A DNA stretch of 60,953 bases, the filler included, from Hausera hauseri (taxonomy: Eukaryota), in NCBI GenBank assembly GCA_046269625.1. It is 11 parts of 11 records of this genome, joined end to end, with 100 filler letters (N's around TTAATTAATTAA, not from the genome) between each part and the next. Parts side by side here need not be neighbours in the genome. Positions count along the whole stretch, not along the records: positions 19,327 to 26,678 come from JBJURY010020009.1; positions 26,779 to 30,793 come from JBJURY010818197.1; positions 30,894 to 35,481 come from JBJURY010515793.1; 8 more parts are not named here. The stretch is one strand, 5' to 3'. Positions 22,601 through 34,525 of the stretch are shown in pieces; position 1 is the stretch's first letter, and every line of letters begins with the position of its first letter. Under the pieces are notes generated by a model that worked only from the letters and a program-made list of their open reading frames with translations, was not told the origin of the DNA and made no database searches. The position numbers were made by a program, and so were the translations under genes.

Positions 22601-24620
22601 CCTTTGTAACTACGCATAGTTATATTTTTATTTGTATTATTTTTTGTTTGTTTTTGTTCCATTTTGCCATGTTTGGATATTTTTGTTTTGATTTTATAGT
22701 TATCTACATAACTATTTTTCTTTCTTTCTTTATTTTTCTTTATTTTTTGTTTTGTTTATTTTTGCTTTTTAGTTTTGTTTTTATGTTAGACAACATTTTT
22801 ATTTTTATGTTGTTTGGTTTCAGTTTAGCCTGAAGCTGGGGAATTGCTGTTTTTACTGCCTTTTCCCAAATTTACTGTGATGTGTTTATAATGTTCCATT
22901 CTCCTGTTTGGATTGGGTTATTTTATTTTTTGTTTTTACACTTTTTTCTTAATTGATATTCTCCTCACTGTTTTTTCTTTATTCAAAATTTTTTTGTGTT
23001 TGTGTCTTTCTTTTTCTTTTATGTTTTATTGTATTGTGAATGGATGCAGACAGTTTTGATGGCTTTTCATGAATTTCAGGACTGCGTAGCCTTGTCCTGA
23101 AAGGGGGAGGAGTACAGAGGGGCAGCAAAGGTCTGTAGATCTAGTTTTATGTTTACTTCCTTTTAAGACCAGGTCTCATCCTGCATTTAGGTGCAAAAGA
23201 GTCTTTGTTTTAGTTTTGCATTCTTCACATTCCTTGTTGATAATAATCACTGGTGTCACAGGTCAAAAGGTCCACTTGTAAAAACAATCTGGTGCTCATG
23301 AAGTCCTCAAGATGTTTGATGAGTGACGTTTTAGATTAAACTAATGCATTGGTTGACAGAACACAGAGAAATAGTTTGAATTAGTAAATGTAATTAAATA
23401 ACAATAAGGCCTTAACCAGTCAGTAAAGTGCAGTTAAACTGTTTAATTTTATTTATTTTTTCATTCTATTTTGTCTTGATTTTATGATAGTTTTGCTTCT
23501 CCTTTTGTAAAGGGTTAATTTTAAATTATACAAAAACTAACTTTTTCTTATTTGAGATGTGGTTTCAGATGTCTTGAGGGGGTTCGACTCTGGAGCTCCT
23601 CAAAAGGTCCGGAGATCTCAGAATTTTTCACTCACTACTGAAATGGAAACCATCACACCAGGCTGCCGACCTGAGATGCTTTTGTCATCTGAGGAACTGA
23701 AAGTGACATCAGCTATCTTTTAGAGGTTGGTAAGCCTACAAGAACATTCCAGAGAAGCTACAGGCTGCAACAGAAGAACAGAAACAAGAGCAAGAGAAAG
23801 TTGAAACTGTCACTGTTATCAGTTAATAAGACTGACTGAGGAGACACCTCCTTCAGAATGTTCTGTGTGAGCTCTGATCTTTGAAAAAACAAAAGGTCAG
23901 ATATGTTGACACAGCAAAGTCTTTACAAGCAGGCTAGGCCAAAGACTGAACCCTGTGTTGAAGAGTCGGTGAATGCCATCTGTCCATGGAAGAGCGTCAG
24001 TGAGGAGGTCTTTGGTTATCATAAGTGGAAAAAGGGGGCTTTTGCCTCTGTCCAGTGGGGACCTCCAGAGTCGATCATTTTCATGACATTCTTGAAACTT
24101 TCATCACAATGACAAATCAAGAGTCTAATACAGCTGGAAAAAATTGGACCTGATTTTGTGTTTTTGCAGTAATGAATGCTGGACATAAGTCTTATTACAT
24201 GTCCAGAAGTTAAAACCACATCTGATCGTTAAGTTTCTCACTTCCAAAACCTTATTTTGTGTTATTTTCCTGTATTAAGAAGTTAAAGATGAGAAGCCAT
24301 TACAGTATATCAGTTAGATTTAGAAAGATGCATATTTATTGTAAACTTTGCTAAAAATTGAGACACTATATCTAAACCAGTAATTTGTGTTTGTCTGCAT
24401 GTTTTCTGTCCTCACATTAAGTTGGAGCTTCCTTCCTGTTAGAGATTTATTTATTTTTCAAAGGGTTCTCTGTTCCATGGATGTCAACGTGTTGCCGAAG
24501 ATGAAAGGCTGGATGAAGTGATGACAGACATTGTTGGCTCTTTATATTACCCACCATGGCAGATTGAATGTGATAAATAAGTGGAGGCTCTAATTAACTT
24601 GATTAAAGTTATGTTAAACA

Positions 24621-24740
24621 GGTTCAGCTGACGACACCAGAAATTGGACCAAACGAATCAACTCCACTCCACTCCAAGTATGGATTGGGTCAGACTCAAA
24701 CTGCACAAGAGAAAGTGGCCTGAACCCCGGTGGACAATAA
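24621..24740 (+). pseudogene. pol: Retroviral integrase C-terminal remnant
   Basis: DWVRLKLHKRKWPEPRWT resembles the GDWV...W.EPRW.GPY block that normally precedes env. Confidence 0.7.
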
Positions 24741-26633
24741 GTTGCCAAGTATCTGAGGTGGAGACACCAATTTGTTAATACAGAGAAAAAGGAGGGACCT
24801 CCGACACAGGGGACGGCGTTGTTCATCCCAGACTTCTCACCCAAGACTAATTACCAGCCGCACAACATCTCAGTTGCTGACCAAATCAAGACAGTGCTGA
24901 GAAGAACTAAAAGAGGTAGTGGAAACTTTCATAAATTGAGAATACCGCTAATAGAGGGTAAGACTCAAACTATAACTTTTGATTTTTGTGTAGTAGTGGG
25001 TTGTGGTTTATATGTGCAGGATCAACTACAGTCCTCTCAGAAATACATATGTATACCTCATTCTACCTGTAGACATAACCCCTCTGTATGTTATTGTGCA
25101 TTATGGGAAAAGGTAATTGCCAACACAGGAGAACCCGATTGGGGTTACTTAAGACAACATTCTTTAAAAGGTCGCATATCAATTATCAAACGTCAACCTC
25201 CTGCTAAATGTGGGGATAAGACTTGTAATCCATTATTGTTGACCATAAAGAACCCTAGAATCACTGATGCTGGATTCTATGTGTTGGCAGCATATCAGAA
25301 GGGTAAGGATCCAGCAGGAATTATCTATTTAGATGTCAAACCACAGGAAGAACCCACCACAGTGAATGCATCTTCTAATCAATTGCCTACAATATCTCCA
25401 ACTGAAGCTACTCAAGCACATGGTGTGGTTTACCTGAATATGAGTTCTATGACTTACCAGGATCAGTTAGCACTGGAAACTGGTTATGATGATAGGAATT
25501 ATTGGCTGGAATGGGTTAGATTTACAGCTAGGTCTACTGGACACCAAGATTGTGTGGCTTGTGCGAAGTCAAGGCCCACATTAGGTACAGTCCCATTTAG
25601 GTTGACTCCCTGGAATGATCCGGTGGGATTTCAATGTATTATGACCTTATTTAAACCCAATAAGAAAACTGATTTAAGTCAGACTTGCAGAACTCTTGAT
25701 TTGATTTTTCCAGCCATTGTCAGACCTGATGAACCACCATCCATTATGGTGAATAGAGGCAATTATACTTGTTTCACCAGACATAATGGACAAATTGATT
25801 TTAGAAACTTTACTGCAGCCTATTGTCAGAACTGGACTGACATATCTACTGATAGTTCATATTTTCAGGCTAGCCAGTTTGTGGGCCAAACTGTTGTAAG
25901 AGCTGATTTATGGTGGATCTGTGGAGATTTGAAATTACGATCTAAATTGCCTGTAAATTGGAAGGGAAGTTGTGCCTTGACTCAGCTTTTGATGCCCTTT
26001 AAAATTATTGGCCCCTCATTAGAAGAGACCAGGGGTACCAGATTTTCTCGAAAGAAACGTGTCACTCCAAATCAGTCTTTTGATGATGGGGTTTATATAG
26101 ATGCAATAGGTGTCCCAAGAGGCGTACCGGATGAATTTAAAGCAAGAAATCAAATAGCTGCTGGATTTGAATCTCTTGTCCCTGCCATTACTGCTAACAA
26201 GAATGTAGACTGGATCAATTATTTGTATTATAATCAGCAAAGATTTGTCAATTACACTAGGGATGCAGTTAAAGGAATTTCTGAGCAATTAGGCCCTGAT
26301 GGCAGTATTACCAAGGCTTTGGCTGGACATACTGCACTCTCACATGAAATGGCTGAGAACTCTGGGGTGAACAATCCGTTCACTGGATGGTTGGAGGCTC
26401 AATTTGGTAAGTGGAAAGGAGTAATTATGTCATTGATGGTGTCTGTTGCCTGTTTTCTTATTATTCTGGTGTGTTGTGGATGTTGTTGTGTTCCCTGTTT
26501 AAGGACCATGGTGAACAGGCTGATAGTTGCTGCACTCACAAAGGAGAAGGAACCTCCAGTTTCATACCAAATGCCATTGCTAACACCAGAAGTAGTGATG
26601 AAGGAGTTTGGGGACGGTGAAGATGAGGCATAA
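24741..26633 (+). CDS. env: Gamma-type retroviral envelope glycoprotein (open frame; no signal peptide; TM ectodomain deletion)
   Basis: CVAC CxxC motif, furin site RKKR, VYIDAIGVPRGVPDEFKARNQIAAGFES, NKNVDWINYLYYNQQRF, TM anchor and CCGCCC tail. Confidence 0.88.
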   Translation, partial: VAKYLRWRHQFVNTEKKEGPPTQGTALFIPDFSPKTNYQPHNISVADQIKTVLRRTKRGSGNFHKLRIPLIEGKTQTITFDFCVVVGCGLYVQDQLQSSQKYICIPHSTCRHNPSVCYCALWEKVIANTGEPDWGYLRQHSLKGRISIIKRQPPAKCGDKTCNPLLLTIKNPRITDAGFYVLAAYQKGKDPAGIIYLDVKPQEEPTTVNASSNQLPTISPTEATQAHGVVYLNMSSMTYQDQLALETGYDDRNYWLEWVRFTARSTGHQDCVACAKSRPTLGTVPFRLTPWNDPVGFQCIMTLFKPNKKTDLSQTCRTLDLIFPAIVRPDEPPSIMVNRGNYTCFTRHNGQIDFRNFTAAYCQNWTDISTDSSYFQASQFVGQTVVRADLWWICGDLKLRSKLPVNWKGSCALTQLLMPFKIIGPSLEETRGTRFSRKKRVTPNQSFDDGVYIDAIGVPRGVPDEFKARNQIAAGFESLVPAITANKNVDWINYLYYNQQRFVNYTRDAVKGISEQLGPDGSITKALAGHTALSHEMAENSGVNNPFTGWLEAQFGKWKGVIMSLMVSVACFLIILVCCGCCCVPCLRTMVNRLIVAALTKEKEPPVSYQMPLLTPEVVMKEFGDGEDEA

Positions 26634-26778
26634 CAGGCACATCCAGGGTTCTACTTTGAGTTTGGCTGATGGCCTGTANNNNNNNNNNNNNNNNNNNNNN
26701 NNNNNNNNNNNNNNNNNNNNNNTTAATTAATTAANNNNNNNNNNNNNNNNNNNNNNNNNNNNNNNNNNNNNNNNNNNN

Positions 26779-29700
26779 AAGGGTAGTGGATGGCGAATTG
26801 TAAAGATTGTCACTCTCGGCTTTATCATTACAAAGTCGAGTGACATGATTTACTTGTCGGGGAGATCATTCATACTGACACCTGCAGCCCTATAGCACTC
26901 AAACTGTAGTGAATGTATAAAATAATAGCGACGAATACTGTTTCTTTACAGTATTTTAGCCATATTAAAATATGACGAAGTGCCCAGAAATCGTGCAAAT
27001 CATTCAAAACAATATCGCCAGTATTTTTCCGAATTGGACTTTGACGAAAGCTGGATTAAACTCAAAACCATTCCGGCTTTTGAACGGCGTAATCCAACAG
27101 TGTCAATTAACGTTTTCCGGTACAACTCAGTAGTAGAGATACCGGCAGATGCGGAAATTTACAAGAATCCTCACGTGGACATAATCTATGGAAATCGGAA
27201 CCCAGATGGATGTCCAATATACCTGTTGCTGTTGGATCAGGCAGAAAAATTTTATTACTTGGCCGTAACAAATCTGGACAGACTGCTGAACATGGACCAT
27301 GACCAGTTCATCCAAATATAAATACGCTGCAAGTGTTGCCCTATATATTTGCATGGCTTCAGATCAGAGCAACATGGGAAAACACTTGGCGCTATGCAGA
27401 CGAAACGTATCGGGAACAACAATGTAAGTCATGCCCGTAGAAAAGGAGCTGAGATTCAGTGACCGGTCGAAGACGGACAGTTCGGCATATGTAGTCTATG
27501 CCGATATTTAAGCAATTCTACTGCAGCACAACGTATACGATCAAAAGCACATTCCAATAGCCGTCGGTATGTTGCTAGTACCAATAAAATCCAGCGGACA
27601 ACCGCAGTATTACGTTTTCCACGGATGGAATTGTGTACGTGATTTCCTGAGCCAGTTGGAGGCAATAGTGGAAGCGGAAATTGCACCGTGGTACAGTAAC
27701 AACAGTACTAAGCCTTTGATCTGTACCACAAAATACTACCATTTGAGAAACAGGAACGGCTCGTACCTGTTCACGATCACTTTACCGGACGACACCTAGG
27801 AGCAGCACGCACTTCATGCAATTTAGCACGGCGTGCGCGGCCATTCCTGCCGCTGATATTTCATAACTTCAAGGGTTATGATTGTCACCATATTCTGAAA
27901 TGGGCCATTAATGGATTTCCACACTGGAAACTGTCCATAATCCCAACAGCGATGGAGAAATACCTGTCTCTGTCGGCACGCATAAACCGGTCCCAGGTGC
28001 GATTCCTTCATTCATTACAGTTCTTTAGAGTCTCTTGCAAAGCTGGTAAATGTCTTGCCGGATGTGCCTTTAACATCAGCGCAGTTTCCTATGCATATTG
28101 CACGTAGCAAAGACATTCCCGTATAACTGCTATATCGTACGAGCAGCTTCAGACAACAGAGGAATTGCTGACGCAGTAGCCCAGTATAACAGAAGATTAA
28201 TATCGCAGAGCACAGGAATCTTGGTCACAGCTCGGCTGCAGAAGGCTATTGGATTACATTCGGCAGTATCTGAAAATGGACGTGTACTTGTTGGACGACG
28301 TGTTTAAGACATTTCGGACTAAGGCGTTGGTGGAAGATAGGCTGGAGCCGCTTAACTTTTACTCCATACCGGGAAAGAGTTGGGCGTCGGCTCTGATATC
28401 ACACTGGATCGGGACATTGAGCTGTTGCAAGACCCAAAATTGTACCGACTGTTTGATGTTGGTATTCGTAGTGACATGACATTTGTGAACAAGCACCAGG
28501 TAACCAATGATAACACCACATCACTGTTGTACATTGACATTAATAACCTGTACGGCTGGGCGCTTTCGCAACCCTTGCCGTACGGTTCATTTGAATGGTT
28601 AACGGACAAGCAAGATCTCGAGGCAATATTGGAAAATTTACCGAAAGTAGACACGGCAGAAAATAGCTCATTCGGCTACCTGATGGAAGTTGATCTCATG
28701 GTACCGGATGAGTTGCATGACGCTTTGGACCAATTGCCTGTCGCACCAATCAGCCAATGTCCGCTCGGCTGCTCAAAGGTGAAGAAACTCCTCATGGCGC
28801 ATGAACCGAAGCTGAATTACGTGATCCATTGGCGTCTGCTACAGTTCTACATGCAGCTCGATGTACGCGTCACACAGCTGCATCGCGCAATCAAATTCAA
28901 TCAGGCGCCGATATTTAAGGCATATATTGACGGAAATTCAGAAAAACGAGCCGCAGCTTGTACAAAATTCGAAAAGTACTACTACAAGTTGAAAAATAAT
29001 TCGATCTACCGCGAAACGCTAGAGAACATCAAAAAGCGACTCAATGTGCGCCTATGTAACGACGAAAAGCAGCTGGTTACGTACACCAGCAAGGCTCAGT
29101 TCAGGCGGTCAATGCACATTACCGATGAATTGATCGCCATGCTGTTAAACAGGGAAGAAGTCGTACTGGACCAACTAAGTTATATCGGACAAGTGGTATT
29201 GGACCTGAGCAAGTTGAGAATGTACGAGCTCCAGTATCGCGACTTGGCACGTTACCGGCAAATGTTCGACGGCTGTGAGATCAGTAACGTTGCCGGTGAC
29301 ATAGACAGCTTTTTCCTTGAGCTTAAAAACGTCAATCGCGACCAACTGCTCCGATAAATGATGGTAGATGGACTACTTTACACGTTCAATTATCAGCAGA
29401 ATCATCTACTGTATAAAAACGCCATCACGAACAAAATCGGCTGCTTCAAGGATGAGAGCGAAGGCCGTGTACAGTACTGAGAATGGATATTCCTGCACCC
29501 AAAGTGCTACAGTCTCCTGACGGACTATGAACCGAAAATGCGCGCAAAAGGCGTTCAGCTGTTCCAGACGAAAATAAGCCACGGTCATTATCGCCATATC
29601 TATGAAGCAGCAGCAGCAGAAGACGGTGGACGACAAGTAGGAGGAAGAGGACAATCAATGGCTGTGTCAAACGGACCAGTTGTATACTATAACAAACAAA

Positions 29701-29780
29701 ATCAGTCATGTAATGATGATAAACGAAAGTGGGTGGGGCGAAATAAGAGTTGGGCGTATGGGCATTTGCGTTTGAAATAA
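26779..29780 (+). pseudogene. polB: Polinton/Maverick (adintovirus-type) protein-primed DNA polymerase B, multiply disrupted
   Basis: KGSGW, IFHNFKGYDCH, YLKMDVYLLDDVF, YIDINNLYGWALSQPLP, YYKLKNNSIY, LDLSKLRMY, GDIDSF (YxDTDS-like) and KGV in order across frames. Confidence 0.92.
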
Positions 29781-30115
29781 CACACGTAACTCCTTATGTG
29801 CTCCGACGATTCGAGGCAGACAGTTCAGTGATCCAGTTAGTCATTTATACATTGTGACATTTACTGTCATCTTGTGATTTTTATTGCTTATTGTTGTTAT
29901 GTCACAATAATGTATTTTTGTTGACCGACTTTTTTCGTTGTTTTATATAGTTGTTTAATTTTCTTTATATTAAAACATGATTAAGGAAACGTTAGTTATA
30001 ATTAAATTTAATACCATACTAAATGTCAATTTAACACTACAAATGCAAATAAGTTTATTAAGCATTAATCACAAGTCACAAAATCACGTCAAATCGAACT
30101 GAATTTTTCCAGTTT

Positions 30116-30541
30116 TTACATAGGGGATTTGACGAACGTCATCTTGTTGCCTTTCAACTTCAGACTTAAGTAGGCTTTAGCTTTTTCAGCTGCCAATGCT
30201 GCTGCTGGTGCTTCTCCATTTGAACGAACAATTTTCCGCATATTGCCCTTGAGAAAAAATGAGAAAGTATTTCGGATATCTTTAGACAACTCCATATCAC
30301 TGTCGAGTTTTTTCATTGTTTCCTCCATTGCGTCCAAATCGCTGTTATTGATTTTCTTGGCTAGCAAACCATACTTCACCTGTTTGAGTTTTATCGGTTA
30401 CACCAACGTCAATTGAACAGGCGTTCGTAGAAAATTCAACTTGTACTCATTGCACAACCGGGCCGGTCTAACCGAATATTCGTTGTATCTGGGCTGACTC
30501 GCAGCAGAACTCAAATTGATTGCTGCTTCATCGGAATTCAT
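30116..30541 (-). pseudogene. Small degraded ORF convergent with polB, probable Polinton accessory gene
   Basis: 87-aa helical ORF extendable upstream through a stop and a frameshift to ATG 30541; no family recognised. Confidence 0.3.
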
Positions 30542-30893
30542 TGTCGTAGAGATAGAGAGAGAGAGAGAAAGAGACGGAGTGAAATAGAGACAAATTGAGA
30601 TGAAATTATATCGCTACATATACCTCTCCAACTTGCTGTTTTGTTTATATTATAAACGTGTCAACATTGAGTATTTACACAGAGTCATTGTAACAAATTG
30701 TCCCAATAAACTCCATGCATTACAAAAGATCAATGTATTCATTTATTCATAATAAATGTGTACAATTTCCATTACAGTACATTTACATTCTGGNNNNNNN
30801 NNNNNNNNNNNNNNNNNNNNNNNNNNNNNNNNNNNNNTTAATTAATTAANNNNNNNNNNNNNNNNNNNNNNNNNNNNNNNNNNNNNNNNNNNN

Positions 30894-31652
30894 TGCCGAT
30901 CCTGTTGCTTTCACTATCTTGGTCACGTTTCGTAACGTTTCATCCCAATTTCCAGTAACAATGATAACACATGGGTCTATCTTTGATCCATATACATCCG
31001 GTAAACATTTTCAACACCAGTGTAAAAGAAGAGGACCTTTAAAGGAAATCTTTGTTTCTTCTGCTGTAGCAGCATCTCTTTTTACTTGCTTTCGATATTG
31101 TATCATTGAACTTATAGATAGAGTTGTATCAGGAATCTCATGACCGAGAGCCTGAACAAAGGCTCCTGTAACAAATACCGCACTTCGGTCAGAAAGATTG
31201 ACTCAATTCAGGTCGCCAACAACCTCATCATTACGGACAACCTCAATAGACACTGATTTCACAGATTTATGTTCATCTTTTCTTTCAGACTCAGTAGATG
31301 GTGCTGATGAAAAATCCGGTGATGTAGTAGAAATTGCTTTCGTCTGCCATTCTTCATATCTTACATTTGCCAGGGCTTTCTTTTCTGCTGTTTCTTTTTG
31401 CATTCTTTAGCAGTTGTTTGAATGTCAACTCCACTCATACTGCAAGATAACACGTTCTGCCTTTGCTATTGTAGAAATTCTCGATCTTCTTCCTTTTTGA
31501 GTTCAGTCGAAACATCTTTTTGTGGCAGTAAGTCAAAAAATTTTGAATTGCTTTAGACGTATTATGAAAATTCTTTTAAAAGTTTTTGGTATTTTCATGT
31601 ATGTATAAAAATTAAAGTGAAATTGTAAATGGTATGTTTCGGTGGGCCCTAA
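30894..31652 (-). mobile_element. DNA transposon 5' part, hAT-superfamily (hATm-like) transposase pseudogene
   Basis: Hand translation LN*VNLSDRSAVF...LGHEI...LSISS...PLLLHWC*KCLPD...IIVTG...TKIVKATG resembles the SDR...LHWDGKLLPD...GTG transposases. Possible TTAGGG terminus at 31652. Confidence 0.55.
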
Positions 31653-32559
31653 ACAATCATCCAAACTATAACAATAATTCTTTTTAACTTCAAGTTTTAC
31701 ACGCAAGTAAGAACTAACAATCTGGTTAGTTTGTTTATGCCTTTAAATTTTAATGTATGTGTACTGCGTGCAGTCCTTTGCAAATTTAGACAAATCCTTC
31801 TCCTAACTATTTAAATTTAAGTGTGATTTTATTTCTAATGTTACTCAAACCTCCCTTAAGGGGCGGTGGGAAAACTATATGGATTAAAATGATACGAATT
31901 TATTAATCACAAATAAAACTTCACGACTTACAGAGTCATAAATAATTTGGACGTAAGTTCAATATTGTCACGATTTCGTCGTCTCGTGAATTCGCCTGCT
32001 CCTTATGTGTTAGACCAATTCACTTTGAAATAATTCTAGTACTTTCTCAGTTCTCGAATTCGCTTTGTCTGAGAGTCATTTTCTATTATTTAGTTTGTTT
32101 GACAGTCGTAGGCGTCCAAAGTCATTCACTTTCATTATTATTCTTTCTATTATTTTTCAATTTGTACTTTTTATTCACATTAATTTCAACGGTGAAATCA
32201 TTCCCAATCATGTCCAATATACGAATTATTTACATAAACAAATTATTAACATAATAATGACCGAAATACGAATTCGTTACCTTTTAGATGAAACATGATT
32301 TTTAAATTATATTTTCAATTCTGGCTATATTGATTTGCACAGAAGGAAATATCCATCTGTGAGGATGTAATCAAGAACTGAAATTTTGAATTTAAATTAA
32401 AAGAAAATTTTAAATTTTAAAAAAACCAACCTCGAATTTAATATAAAAATTTAATATTAAAATTTATTTACAAAAGTAAAATAAAATTTAAATTGAGAAT
32501 TTCAGGAAATTTGTTTCGAAATGAGTGTTTTAAATAATAATAAAAATTTCAGCATATGG

Positions 32560-33745
32560 TGTTAACTTTTCAATGAATGATTAAATTCCGGTTTAGAGGA
32601 CATACCAGGGGCGGGGATTTTTCAATCCAACTTAAACTGGGCGACTATGTGAACGGCATGGACGCGTCCGCGGCTAACATGGTGACTTACGCCACAATGG
32701 ATATTTTTGCAAAGCAATTGTTGCCCAACAAATTCAGGAAAGTTCATTAAAGGATATGATAAATTCTTTAAATATATGAACACCCCGGCGGTGAAGCGGG
32801 GAGATACGAGGCGGTAGAGTGCGAAGATAACTGGATATCAAAACCGATTACGAAAGTCTTTCGTCCGACCCTCAACTCTGCGAAGATCTGAAATAAGCGA
32901 AACAGGAAGCTTACTTCGAGGCAATTGAGAAACTGCTGGATAAAGTTATGAAACTCGAATTTTCACGCAAGACTGTAAAATTGGAACTATTGTGCCAATG
33001 TTGTAACAATAGAGAGATGATAAGAGAGATATGCCTTAGTGACCAACGAGACGCGGAAACCATAAAGGAGAAAATACGGAAGATACACGAAATAACGATT
33101 AAGACTGAAGAAATCAACACAGTCAAGGAGTATCCAGGGATCGATAGAAGAAGCTACTAGGAAGTGGCATCACAAAATATCAATAAACCCGTTCCTAGAA
33201 TCAAGACTACGCCAACTAGACCACCAAATAGTGGATTAAATTGTTGGACATACGAGCAGAACTTGCACCACATGGGACCGATTAAATGCTTTCGATGCGG
33301 AAAAGAAGGACATATAAACAGGCAGTGTCCCGAAATAAAAACAATAAGATGCTACGGATGTTGTCAGCTAGGGCTCATCAGACGAAATTGTATAAACCTT
33401 AGGAGACATACCAAAAAGGAGTGCTACATCAGGCTGGAAGGGAGGAGAGAACCAGGATGGGATACATACAACGTCAAAAGATGGTACGGGGATAATCTGA
33501 ATAGAATACGTGGGACATCTCAAGCATATAGGAAGAAGAAACAGAATCGGAACAGGAGTCAGTTGCCCCAAAAGGCACAGCTTCGATAGAAGTGGAGCAA
33601 ATCGGGGCACTACAATATATTCAGTCTCCCAGAATATCGATATGTATAATGGTAGTAGTATATTAAACAGTATAGACGGATCAAGAAGAAAGGTACACGG
33701 ATGTATAGTGTTGGATAAAAGGACACAGGAAAAAGTACGGAAATT
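32560..33745 (+). mobile_element. Degraded LTR-retrotransposon gag fragment
   Basis: CCHC knuckles CFRCGKEGHINRQC and CYGCCQLGLIRRNC (degenerate); frame-broken upstream helical region. It abuts and truncates the penton gene at ~33745. Confidence 0.65.
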
Positions 33746-34468
33746 TAGTGGTACACGTACTCCACTGACCAAAATCGGTTTGGTGACGTTTACGTAAATG
33801 TACATTTGACTTAGTCAAGTTTTCAATTTGGGTTTAAGTGCTGCAATATGTGCCGCCGCCGTCTTAGCCTCAAACCGCTGTTTTTCAAAACTCAATACCA
33901 TGACCAAAGCTTTTTCCAATGAAATGTCGACAATATCCTTAGCCAGTTCAAATTTAGTGTACCCATTTGCATCTGACTCGATAACTTTAAATATCTCCGT
34001 GTACTTTTGATTTGAAAAGTATTGACAGAGATGTGCTACAGATTCGCAATGGACATTGTCTCCAATCGATACGTATGACGTTGGCACTCTTTCTGCTGTA
34101 TAGGTAAATTTCACTGTTGACTGGTAATATACGGGACTTAATCTTGGACCAACTACATATTCACTTTTAGTATGTTGACCTTTGTACTCTGTATTTTTGA
34201 ATCCAAATTTCTGCGCCATCTCAGAGGACTCAAAGATAACAGTAAATTAAAAATCTGCCATAAAATGTAAGTAAGTCTTGTACGTTATTTTCATGCTACC
34301 TTTCAATGTCACCGGTGCGTAGGGAAAGTTAAATTCCGTCAGTGCAACCTCCCATTGTCCAGCAGATAAAGCCAAAGGGTTGTTCCAGTCTACAACGTCT
34401 TTACTAGCGGAATCGTTCGGACCAGTCGTCGGACAACTGTTGCTCGGCTACACGATGTAAATACTCAT
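33746..34468 (-). pseudogene. Polinton/adintovirus minor capsid (penton) paralog 2
   Basis: MSIYIV*PSNSCP...NPLALSAGQWEVALTEFNFPY at the N-terminus; MYIYVNVTKPILVSGVRVPL near the truncated C-terminus. Confidence 0.8.
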
Positions 34469-34474
34469 GAACTC

Positions 34475-34505
<31 letters not shown>

Positions 34506-34511
34506 GTGATG
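34475..34511 (+). repeat. (GAT)n microsatellite between the penton genes
   Basis: About 12 GAT units with one GGT variant. Confidence 0.9.
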
Positions 34512-34525
34512 AAGCAGTTTGTTTA

